Below, piece after piece: positions 39,990 to 53,032 of a stretch of 64,000 bases of DNA. This stretch comes from the human T2T-CHM13v2.0 reference genome, Homo sapiens. The stretch is from NCBI RefSeq assembly GCF_009914755.1, contig NC_060929.1, one strand, 5' to 3'. The notes below the pieces were generated by a model. The model was not told the origin of the DNA, did not search any database, and saw only the letters and a list, made by a program, of their open reading frames with translations. Made by a program: the position numbers and the translations under genes. How positions within the stretch are numbered: position 1 is the first letter of the stretch; each line of letters starts with the position of its first letter.

Positions 39990-40965
39990 CCCTCAGCATG
40001 AAGATTTCTGTTCCAACCAGTTCATTTTAAATTGCTCTTGACAAGGTCACAATAACCACCTGAAGGTAAGTTCATTTTCCTTTTATTTTGAGCTTCTGGA
40101 AATATTTGACATAACTGCCAATACCCATATTCTTGAACATTGTCACCCCTTGACTACATGATTCTAGATTTCCTTTCACCTATTTGGTCACTCTTTTAAG
40201 ATTATTTCTTAAATATTTATATGCTTCAGTGTTTGGTCCCATGCCCTCTTCTCCTCTTAATTTATACTGGTAGTTCTCAACTTCTTTTTTTGAGCCACTG
40301 ATGCATTTGAGAATTTGAGGAAAGCTATGTGCTTACTCCAGAAAAAAAAAAACCGGTAGATACGTACAAAAAAGTTTTGTGCATTATTTAAGCTGGTTCA
40401 CTAGATAAGACACCTCTCCCTGTTCTACCCAATTTCGTAATATAATCTTCTCCACTTGCCATCAGTATTCATAGTTCTCAAATTTATGCTTCCAGCTAAG
40501 ATCTGTTTGCCCCATGTGCCAGATTCATATATCCAACTACCTAGTGGATTTCTCTCATATGTTCCTCAGATGCCTAAAATTCAACATGTCCAAAATGTAA
40601 CTCCTCATCTTCTTCCCCTAAACCCATGTGTGCCTCCTCCTTTGATCCCTATCTTACTACATGGTACCACCATCAATCCAGTTATGGGCAGAAACCTCTC
40701 CTTTAATTTCCTTTGCACAATCCACCACAAGAATGTCTTTTCAATACTTCCATTGCTCTGTGTCCCAATGTCTGCCAACCTCACCAAGGGCCACCATTTT
40801 CTCTCTTGACCTCCTGCGACTGCCTACTGTCTGCTTCTCCTACCTCCAACTTGTTTCTCCCACAATATTCTCTGTGTTCCTGCAAATGAAAATGTGATTA
40901 TGTCACCTCCTTCAAAGCTTCACATCATCCTTAGGAAAAAATTCAAATTTCTAAGCATTTGTTCA
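39990..40965 (+). mobile_element. L2 LINE fragment with an embedded hAT-Charlie-like MITE (~40270-40415)
   Basis: ttgctcttgacaaggtcacaataacc...atatccaactacct...aaattcaacatgtccaaa. Embedded tagttctcaac...tttgagaatttgaggaaagctatg. Confidence 0.7.
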
Positions 40966-41006
40966 CCAGAAACTAGAACAGTCTTGAAAGCATAGTAGAT
41001 TCTCAT

Positions 41007-41405
41007 TATATGAGTTTCCTAGGCCTGCTGTAACAAAGTGCCACAAACTGGGTGGCTTAAAATCACAGAAATGTATTCTGTCACAGTTCTGAAGGCTGTA
41101 AGTCCAATATCCCCTGAAGTCTCGAAGGGAGGATATTTCTTTTTCTCTTTCAGCTTCTTGCCACCCCAGGCACTCTTTAGCTGCAATTGCTCCCTCCAAC
41201 TTCACATGGTGGTCTTCTCTCTGTGCATCCAAATTTCCCTCTTATTGTTAGGACACAAGTTACACTGAATTAAGGCCCACCTTAATGACCTCATCTTAAC
41301 TTGATTACATCTGTAAGAATCCTATTTGCAAATGAAGTACCATTCACAGGTACTGGGGTTAGGACTTCAACATATCTTTTGGGGAACACAATTTAACCCA
41401 TAACA
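41007..41405 (-). mobile_element. MLT1B-type MaLR solo LTR
   Basis: ctgctgtaacaaagtgccacaaactgggtggcttaaa...aatgacctcatcttaacttgattacatctg...aatttaacccataaca; ~400 bp. Confidence 0.88.
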
Positions 41406-41469
41406 CTTAGTAAATAGGAGGAATATTTGGATTTATTGATTTTATTTTCTCATATTGATTTCCTTTTAA

Positions 41470-41660
41470 TAGTCATATACTGTTCTAAGGACTTTACATG
41501 TCTCAACTCATGTAATACTCACAATAAATCTGTGAGTTAGATACTATTTGTCTCTATTTAACTAATGAAAAAAAAAAAACCGAGGCAGAGAGGTTAAGAA
41601 ATTTGCCTAGGGTCACATAGCTGGTAAGTGACATAATAGGGATTCCAACCCAAGTAGTAA
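41470..41660 (-). mobile_element. MIR SINE
   Basis: gaggcagagaggttaagaaatttgcctagggtcacatagctggtaagtg. Confidence 0.8.
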
Positions 41661-43904
41661 ATATTTGTTGAATGAATGAATTAAATAATGAAGTAATTGC
41701 TTACATAGTCTTGTAATAAGTATAAGTCGGATGATGAATGAGGGCTTAAAAGTCTCTTTTGATGCATATTTGTTGAATGAAAGAATGGATGTTTTATGAA
41801 GCTTTTTAGAAGCTACCTCATACCAGGCCTTCTGTTTTAAGGACCCTGTCCTTCCTCTTCCTGGTTCCTATCTTAATGCTATAGTCATTCTGATCTTTTG
41901 TTTCCTTGAACTATTCTCAATCACTTTCCATTTTTCCCCATTTTCCCCAACTCTGATGCTTAATAGATACTGCAGCTCTAATCTTCAGTATTCTTCGGCC
42001 TTTTAATTTGAGGTTTAAAATGGATGTCCTTGGTATTTGATCTTGACTCTAAAAGCATTCTGCTTTGGCTTCCTGCTAACTCTTAACACTCTTTCTTAAC
42101 TCTAACCTGGTGTCACTGATCCCAAACCTGGCTATGTGGCTAGCACACAGCTTCTCCATAAGGTGTTGGTAGAGTGAGGCAGGCAGATATTAAGCAGAAT
42201 GATCAGACATTGGGTTTAGTCTATGTTCTGGGTAGAAACATCAAGAACTGTACAGAGGCAGGGGACAGTAATTAGTGTTCACAATGATGTCCCAACAGCC
42301 ATTCTGGGGATGCAAGGCTCTGAAGAACAAACTGGAATCTTAAACTACAAGCAGAGTCAAGCACAGGCTGCAAAAGGCAAGGTGAAATTACAGAGTACCT
42401 CAAACACATGTTGAAGACTGCAGTTCTCACTCAGCTTTAACTGGGTCGCCTACAGGTGCAAGTTTTTTTTCCTCTGGGCATTTTAAAGGTACCACTTGGC
42501 CTCTGACATTTGTACAAAGGGTAAGCAAAGTTCTCCTTATAGTCTTAAAATGTTGATAAAACTAGTAAAATGTATTTTTAAGATTTTGTGTTTACCATAG
42601 ACATATTATTTGAACTGAAATATTTGAGATGAAGAGCTCTAGTGGTAAGAGAGAGAGAAGAGTTTATAACTCTGCATGTTTAAGTACATAAATAATTTTT
42701 TTAGGAAGATAAAGAACAAGTTGAAGATAACTTAAAATGTTTCTAATAAATCAAGAGAAATATAAAAATCTGAGTTTTGAATTATTAGTAATTTTTATTC
42801 AGATGTTTTTCATTTATTCTTTCTTTGCAAATTATTTTAAATATGTTTGTTTTCATTGCTTAGTAATGTTTCACTGCACCAGTCAATTACAATAAAAATT
42901 TTTATATATTTTTTTTTAAATTTTTATATTTTTAAATAAATTATTTTGTGAATACAGTCACGTACTTTTAAAATTCAATTATTGCCAGGAGATTTTTAAT
43001 AAAGTGTAGTAGTTCTCTGCCTCAACCCCTATTTATCCAGGACTCTCTTATAGATGCATACGCTTTCAACTCTTTTAGCTATTTCATCCAACATTTACAC
43101 ATCTACATATTCCCAAATAATGTGTATACTGTCTTTTGATTCATCATTTTAAGATACTATCTCTTGACTTTCTATTAATATAAATGATGATTTAACATTT
43201 ACACTGTCCTACTCTGTTTCCCTTCTCTATCTCCAAACAGTATAATATTTGATACTTATAATGACTATCAAATATTTTCACAGTCATGTGTCAGATAGTA
43301 CAATACAATTATTCCATTTCCTTTTTTATTTTTATGTGTTTCTGAAGTTATTGATTGCCTTGCTTTTTTCACCTATTTAATTTTCTTTGCACCTATTGCT
43401 AATTTTCCTTACCTTCTAATAACTTCTTAGTACAAGTTTCTACACGTTCAATCATATCACATTTCTAAAACTACATATTATTTCTTGAAGCCTTCATTCC
43501 TGGAACCAACATTCTACTTTCATCTGGTTGCTCTTCATGCCCATTTCTTAGTTGTCTTTCTATACCTTTGCTATCATCTATAGAAATTCCTTTGCCTTCT
43601 GAATTGTTTCTCATTTCCTGGACCTAATGTCTTCTCTTTCTGGGTCTGCTCCTTTATTTTAATGAAATCTATTTTTTAGAAGTTTTTTCAGGTAGAAAAG
43701 AGGCAAAGAGTATGAGTATGAGAACCTTCAACATGCCTGTCTTTTGAGTCACACTGTCAATTATGGACTGGTTGCCTTTTATACCTGGTGCACAATTTTT
43801 ATCTTGATATGTCCAGGACAATCAACATCATCTGTAAGATTCTGTTCAATTCTTTTTTGTGTGGATACCCTGTTTTCTGTAACTCATGTAATTCTTTATA
43901 TAAA

Positions 43905-44095
43905 TGTGTGTGCGTTTGTGTGTATAAAAATAGATTTACTTTAAGAGATTGGCTCATTCAGTTGTAGAGGCTGGCAGATCTGAAATCCAGCAGGCTGGAA
44001 ATTCTGGCAAGAGTAAATGTTGCAAGTCTCGAGTCCAAAGTCTGGAGTCTAGAGGCAGAATTACTTCCTCTTCTGGGATCCTCAGTCTTTATAAA
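43905..44095 (-). mobile_element. MLT2 (ERVL) LTR fragment
   Basis: gagattggctcattcagttgtagaggctggcagatctgaaatc...aggcagaattacttcctcttctggga. Confidence 0.7.
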
Positions 44096-44099
44096 TCTC

Positions 44100-44372
44100 T
44101 TTTTTTAAAACATATTTTTTAAATTGGTAAGTAAAAATTACATATATTTATGGTATACAACATGATGTTTGAGATATATATATATAATATGTACATATAT
44201 ATATATATATATATCCATTGTGGAATGGTTAAATCAAGCTATTTAACATATGCATTACTTCACCTATCATTTTCTGTGTGATTTTAAGAACACTTCAAAT
44301 CACTCTTTTAGTAATTTTCAAGTATACAGTATATTACTATTTAACTATAGTCACCATGATATACAATAGATG
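44100..44372 (-). mobile_element. L1MA-type 3' end fragment
   Basis: tatatttatggtatacaacatgatgtt...ttgtggaatggttaaatcaagcta...aactatagtcaccatg. Confidence 0.85.
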
Positions 44373-44429
44373 AATAAAAGGTAAAAATTTTGAGACTATA
44401 TATCTGAATGTATATATATATATATATAT

Positions 44430-44741
<312 letters not shown>

Positions 44742-45959
44742 CTGAAATTATTTTTATAGTAACTTTGTATTTGATTGAAAATTGGGTAGAATATAGAATT
44801 TTAGATTAGAAACGTTAGGTTTTTCTTTAGAATTTTGAATACATTATTACTGTTTTCTTGCATCTAGTGCTGTTGTTGAGAAGATCAAAGCCATGCTTAA
44901 TCCTGATCTTTTGAGTTGTCTGTTTTGCTTTCCTCTGAAAGCTATTTATTCATTTATTTATTTAGTCCTCAATGTTTTCAAATTTCAGAGACTTGGTGTT
45001 GTCATCCAGGTTAAGCACTGGAGCTTTATTAGTTTGGAAAATCATGTCCTTTAATTCTTGGAAGTTTTCTTAAAATATTTCTTTGATGATTTTCTTTTCT
45101 CTTTTTTAGGGACTATAGTACTATATTTTTGGAGGCTGTACCACCTGGAACAATATTCGAATTTTTCTTCCTTTTCTTTAATATTTTCCATTTCTCTATC
45201 TTTTTGAACTTCTTTCTTGGGTATTTCTTCACCTTTAGCTTTGAATCTGTACTTCTATCAAGTTTTATATCATAAAGTAAGAACAGGAGACTCCATAAAA
45301 AGAACAATCAGCATAAAAATATTAAAAGCACAATATCTGAAATTGAAAAACTCAATAGAAGTTTAGTTGAAAGTTTCTTACTTTTCTTACCTCTCTGAGG
45401 TTAATAATTATAATCTTAAAAATTTTCTTCTCCTCTAGAGCCTTTCTTTCCTTAAAATGCTTTTTTGCTTCTCTTCCTTCTGTTAGATTTCCTTAGATGT
45501 CTCCTAATCCTTAGTTGTATGCCCATGATTAAGAGTTGAAGACTGAAATACTATCGCACTCTGAGCATGTAGGTGGAATTTCTTTACTTTGATCTTCCTT
45601 TTGGGATGATATAGGTAGGTTATATTTGGGAACCCTTCAACATCAGTTTTAGGCTTTTGTTCAGCAGCTGGTCAGATATCCCTCTAAGTATTCCATCAAT
45701 ACCCTTCCTGGAGTCTGAATTTTTGGCTTCTAGAGATCAGTGGGTGGAGAGGAAGGAGAAAGCTAGACATCTCAGCATTTAGTATGCTGCCTACAGAATG
45801 TAGGTATCACCTTATTCTTATGTTTTTGATATAGTACTCATGGCCCTAAATGTACCTGACATCCCTCAATCTAGAGATCCCACCTTCTCAGCTTCTGCAG
45901 AGACACCAGTGACATGGATTTAGGTATTTCATATTTCTAAAACAAGTTTCCATCGATCA

Positions 45960-46100
45960 CAAGACACACCATTATTTCCCATCTAAGAAAGAAAGAATTC
46001 TTCTAGTTCCAATTGTAAATGCCATCAGCTGAAATGTGCACACCCATTTCAAAGTTGTAAAAAGGGAAAAAAATGTACAACTTAGGAATGAATACAATAT
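45960..46100. mobile_element. Possible MER104/Kanga-type (Tc2) DNA transposon remnant
   Basis: gccatcagctgaaatgtgcacacccatttcaaagttgtaaaaagggaaaaaaatgtacaacttag loosely matches my memory of the MER104 end. Confidence 0.35.
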
Positions 46101-47964
46101 AATGTTGGCACCCTCCTCCCCTTCACACCCTATCCTGTGAGTACTTGGTACTGCTAACTTCTAAGCCTTAGTTCTTCATTTTCCCCATTATTAGCTCAGG
46201 ATTCAGTTTTCTTGTATCTGCTAAAGCTGGTATACTTATCTGTCTGCTTTCCAGGTTCCAAATTTTTGTTCCTATAATATACTGTTGCTCTTTTCCATTT
46301 TTGCAGTTCACATATTTTTAAAAAATTATACATAGTTATACCAAGATCTGAAAGGGAGTAAAACTTGCATTGGAAAAATAATTTAAGAGGGGGATATATT
46401 TATAAATATATGAAAAGAGCTGGCCACTACTAACACAAAGTAACACGAATGTGGGCAGATCACACTGAAAAAATCTTTGCTTCAGTTGTAGCTAATGAGC
46501 ATCCAACCCGTGGTATAGTTAGAAAAGAGTTGATACATACAATGCTTAACTGGCTCTCTCTAATCCCCAAATCATTCACTAAAAGGACACAAAGCCAATG
46601 TCTTCTGGTCTTGTTCCAACTTCTTCTTTATATCTTGAGGGTTGTAATAACACTTGCCTTTTCTGGGATTTTATAGAAAATATGAAACAGTGACAATCCT
46701 AATAACTTTTTTTTGCACAGTGCTTTACCACTTATAAGATGCTTTCATATGTGTTTATTTTTAATAAATGTGACAGTGCTTTGAAACACTGAAACTACAA
46801 GATAAACAGAACATTTAAAAATTTCCCATAAAATATTTTATATATTGAAAGTCACTTCAGGGCCTTTTATATATGAAATATTATATGGGAATATAATATT
46901 ATATCACCATGAAGGTGATCGGACAGGAAAGAAAACTAGTGTTTCTGAAGTTTGAACCTCAGTAAGCTCTTTCCAAATGACACAGACCACCCTATGTGTT
47001 GTTGGAGGTCTTCCTGGAGGTCCATTGCTCCCTCTCATCTGCAGATAGGCTAGGTAATTTTATCGTCTGGACTGTCTACACCAGCCCTTGAAAAGTCACA
47101 TTTAGTAGAATGTTTAAAAAAGCATCCATTTTGTTCAGAAGCGATTCAATCTGGAATATGATCTTTCTGCGGCTTCCCACTACTTGTGGCAGTAATTTTA
47201 TCTTTTGGTAGAAAGCTTGCAATAATATTATGTTCTTGGAGGAAAAGGGGAAGAGGAAAAAGTCCATATTACAGTGAGTGATTCAAAAAAATACAAAAAA
47301 TTTTAATAAAAACCTTTAGAAAAGACATAGAAATATATGTACAAAACTGCTCTTTTCCTTTTTTAAAGGGCTTTACTTGTCTTTTGTGGAAGATTTTAAA
47401 AAGACCAAGGCAAAGGTATTTCTGCTTCTCTCTAATCTACATGAAGCTAGCTGTTTGGAGTAGACTGACTTTGTAGTGGGAAAACATGGGCCTGGAATAT
47501 TTTAATCCTCCCCTTCCCCCACAAAGTCTGACTACAGCTTCCTAAGAGTTCTTGAAGGCAGTTTGTACCTATGTCCAAAAGGAAAGCGATTTATGTTACT
47601 ACCATGAAAATTCACAGAGACTTTTCATGAGAAACAGCAGTTGCAATTGAAGTTACTGGGTGTTGTAATACAGTAAGTACAAGCTTTACTGAAGGTCTAT
47701 GAAACCTCTGTGATATTTAGACAGAGGTACAACTGCTTCCATAAGGCTCATCCAGCTAGTTGCAGAGTCGTTTTGGGGAGAGAGTAGAAGGCCCTTTTGA
47801 CCCTGAGACTCACAATCACAGAGATCTCAAATTCAGACTTTGGACATTATTTCTAAATGAGGTCACACATACAGCTGCAGAGCTACACTGACAAGATTGA
47901 AAGAAGTTCATTGTGTCACTTTAAACTCATGCCTTGCTGCAAAGACATGAGTGCTGACAGCCCA

Positions 47965-48657
47965 AATCAAACCCCCAGCATTTTCCACCTGAATTACTGC
48001 AGGAGACTCTGAAATTGTCTCCCTGCTTCCACTCTTGCACCCTACCACCTATTCTCCAAAAAGCAGACCGAATGATCTTTTTGAAGAGCAAATGTCATAA
48101 CCCTGATCACAAACTTCTGATGCATTCCCATCAAACTAAGAAAAAGATAAATCCTAAGTCCTTAGCACAACCTATACCACCCTACATCATCTGAATTTTA
48201 GCTATCTCCCCTACTTCATTTCAATCAATTTCACTGCATTCCAAGCAAACTAACATTCTTACTATTTTTTTGAACATGGCAGGGATGCCCCCATCTCAGG
48301 GTCTTTGCATGTGCTACTCCTTTTACTTGGAAAACTCTTCCCCCTAAGTGTTTACATGACTTGCTTCCTCCTTTCATTTGGGTCTTTCTTCAAAAATAAC
48401 TTTCTTAGAAAGATTGTACAGAGAATACCTTATTTAAAAGAACACCTTTGTCACTATTCTTTCAGGATGCTTTAATTTTCTTTACAGCACACACATACAT
48501 ACACACACACATTTATTGTGCCTATTTGCTTCTTGTCTTCCTCACAAGAATATAAGCCCCATGAAGGCAAGGGCTGATTTTGTTCACTGCTGTGAGCCTA
48601 GAACACTACCTGGAATACCGTAGGTGCTCAATAAGTGTTTGGTGAGTGAATGAATGA
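47965..48657 (+). mobile_element. L2a LINE 3' end
   Basis: ctcagggtctttgcatgtgctactcc...ttgttcactgctg...taggtgctcaataagtgtttggtgagtgaatgaatga. Confidence 0.88.
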
Positions 48658-49124
48658 TCATTGAATCATTCCGCGTGTGGTGTACTAAGAATTAATCTAT
48701 TTCTTGCATATGTTTTGTGATAAAACCACTAACCTGGAACATGGCCACTTAGGGAAAGTTGCACCACTTACTCTCTTACTTCCAGCTTCCTGTCCCATCC
48801 TCCAGCACTTCAAGAGGTCTCGTGAGCATGTATGGGACAGTCAGCTACATGTGTAAGACCTGTTCATGGTGTCTCTACCCAGCCACCCTCTACAACAAAC
48901 TGCCATTCCTTGGACACTGCTTTGGTACAGGATGTGCACACCAGCAGCAAGTTCTGTCCTTGGGAAGATAGACCAGGCAAGAAGATGAAGCAGCCCTGGA
49001 CATGAGTACATAGTAGGCAGGGAATTCTGGAGTTCTGAATATCTGAAGGCCTGGTCTGTAGGGGGAGCATGGGCTATCATGGACCGGTCCTCTGTCATGG
49101 GAAGGGACATAGTTGAAGGACTAA

Positions 49125-49326
49125 AGCTGTCTAGCTACTAGTCAGTCATGGCTATTTAATTAGAATTCAAATTAATATAATTTAGTGAAATTGTAATTCA
49201 CTTCCTCGGTTGGACTAGCTACATTTCAAATGTTCAATAGCACATATGACTAGTAGTTACTTTATTGCCCTGGATGCAGATATAGAACCTTTTCACAATT
49301 GCAAAAATTTCTACTGGACAACACTG
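49125..49326. mobile_element. MER3-like hAT-Charlie MITE
   Basis: actagctacatttcaaatgttcaatagcacatatgactagtag...tttctactggacaacactg. Confidence 0.8.
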
Positions 49327-49399
49327 CTCTAAAGCATGGTGCCCTGGACCCTCTTGCCCAGCTTTAAGTGCAATACTCTGTAAGATTTGTTAAATCTAC

Positions 49400-49560
49400 T
49401 TGATTTATTCAGAGAACATTTATTGAGCACCCACTATGTTCCATGTGCCATATGAGTTACTGGGAAATCAGAAATCAACAAGGCACAATTTCCGTCTCCA
49501 AAGAACTCACCACTACTGACACAAAGTAATATGAGTGTGGGCAGATCACATCGATGAAAT
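49400..49560 (-). mobile_element. L2 3' fragment
   Basis: acatttattgagcacccactatgttccatgtgcc...tccgtctccaaagaactcac. Confidence 0.65.
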
Positions 49561-51863
49561 CTTTGCTGCAGTTGTAATCAAGGAGTCTCAAGCAGAATAT
49601 AGGTGTTCCACTCAGGGAAATGGGATACAGGAAAAATGGAGATGAAGAAATACAAAAACCATCAAAAAATACAAAAATATGGAAATCAAAGGAGCCCTTA
49701 TTAGCTTGGAGACCCAGCACCTTGTACATAATAGAAACTTCTGCCTTTTGAATTAGATTAGATGTTACAAGAGCACAGAAATGACGAGAAGTGGCTCGTC
49801 TTACTTCATGAAGGTTTTAAAATTTTATTTTGTTTTTTAGGATAACTGAAGAAATTTTGTTTTTTAGAATAACTAAAGAGATTTTTTTAATCTACATCTT
49901 TAAAGTTTTATTTGTCTGTGGTTTAACTTTATTTTTTTAAATGACCCATTTGTAATTCAAAATTTCCTCAAGTATATATTTTTCAAAATTTCTCAATTTT
50001 TTTTATCATTTCAGAACACACAGAAAATTAGAATTCAACACTAATCATGCATTTTTCTGCTCAAACTGAGTAAATCTGTTTTAGAAAAAAATTACCTTAG
50101 AAAGTTAAGCCTAAATTAATTTTTCTGAATTGGACTCATTTCATTTTTGCAATTTTGGTCATCTCACAAATATATAGACAGTTTTGTATAGATGTTGTAT
50201 GACAATAAACACAGGGTTTTTAATAAAGTGCTTACCTGGCTTCCAAAATGGTTTCAAGTTTTCCTTCTTACTGTTGCCTGACCATCATATCTAAAAGCTA
50301 AAAGGCCCTCCCAGGAGCTTTTGAGAAATTGAAACTAAGGAAATAATAAGTTTCTCCAGAACCTCTGAGACTTTGGGACTTTGGGACTTTGTTAAGTTTA
50401 CTGGATCATTAGTTTTGTTTATGCTTCTAATTAGTGTTAAATTGTTAACTTGATTCTTCATTTCACATAAACTGTTGATAAGTGGCAGCTGTCAGTAAGG
50501 CAAGTTTGAAACATGTTATTCCGAAAGTGTAAAGACACATTTTCAAATACACTTTCCCCCTTGGAGAGGAATGCCCATTCCAAGAGATCACCATGCTAAT
50601 TGTTGTAAATCTTCCCTCATTATCATAAATGCAATATTTCATCCAAAGATATTGTCTAAATAAACTAAATTGCCATTTATAATCTACTAGCAATTCCACC
50701 TGTGTTTCCCAGAACGCATTTTTGCCCTTGTTTGGTCTAGATTCTAGACTCTGAAATTTCTACATGCTTCATAGAGGTACGTATTGTATATTGTAGTGCT
50801 ATGTGTCTGCATCACCTTATGTATTTCTAGTATGTCAACATGCACATTTCTATTATTGCAGATTATTTACTCAATCTCAGAATATTTATTTTTATAAATT
50901 ATAAGTATATTTAATATGCACAGACAATTAAATCCTTTAATTTCATTTTCTAATGGGCTGGCTATAATGAGTTCATTCTGTAGGAAAACAAAAGGAAACA
51001 TTATAAACCGGTTTAATTCTATTTATATGACCTATAAGGAAGACTTATTTGAGGTGAAGAGAAATTGCCTTTGGAGAATTGGTAAATGTATTTCATTTTC
51101 AGTAGAATATCAGAAAGATAATAGTAATAGTTCCATGGTGAGGTCTTTTTGGAAGATTCATAAACTCCAATTGGATCCTTCTTCATAAATCATGTAAATC
51201 TATAGAATATCATTGTTACTGTCACATTCTTTTGAGTACATATTTTAATTTCCTTCAGTATGGCATCAGAAGTTGAACTGATAGCCAAAATTGCCAGTTA
51301 TCCTGAGCACCAATTTATGAGGTCCATAAAAAGTAGCCATGCACAAAGAAAACATATTTCATTGTAAAGTTACCTCTCATGGAATAAAAACAAAACTTTA
51401 AAATTAAAAAGTAAGAAGTTGAGAATATCCTGTTATCTTAGTCTGTCTCTAGACACTGGCTAGACAAGTTTCAGGATTTTTTTATTGATCACTCAAACAT
51501 CAGCTTCTAAGAATTTAACATATCTCTACATTTTTAAGAGAGGTTCAATATGTTGTTGAAAGAAAGCTTTATGCCTTGGCAGAACACATCATATCAATTT
51601 TTTCTAGAAATAAATTCTACCTTTGTCCACCTGGTTGAATCAGTTGATCAAAATTTATTTATATTTAAAAATCAGTTTTGTAATCTACAGTATTCTCACA
51701 ATGTGCTCATTAGTTCTAAGATTCTAGTTTTCAAACTTGACACATCCAGAATTTTTATTTTTTAAAGAACCCGGATTCAAGAAGTATAATGCCCCTATTT
51801 TCCTACTAATGTTACTCTGGGTAACAAGTCTGCTAGAATTACCGTTAGAAATGAGTGCAATAG

Positions 51864-52251
<388 letters not shown>

Positions 52252-52651
52252 TCAGTACTCTAGGATTCCAATGTTACTACTTTATTTTGTTTTGGAGAGG
52301 GGGGGTTGGAGGGAAAAATAAGTTCTAATAATTATGGGAAAATATAAGTGAAATAAAGGATTTTTCAGATGTATTAATACAGCGGAACAGGGCCTGCCTG
52401 ATACATAGCATGTGCTTATTATATCTCAAAGAAAGGAAATATAATATGCAGTGTTTCCCAAACTTATTAGACAACAGAACTCATTTTTTGAGATGCCCTT
52501 ATTAACATTTTTCAGAATAGGTGCTTAGCACATGGCAGATTCTCAGGAAATGTTTGAATGAATGAACAAATGAACAAATTGAGTTTGAGAAGTGCTAACT
52601 GATAAATATACAATGTTATAGAATTTCTCTAAGGTCAGAGAGCGTTTCTAA

Positions 52652-53032
<381 letters not shown>

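Noticed and set aside
50369-50391. Tandem gactttgg x ~3
   Set aside because: Ordinary short slippage repeat.
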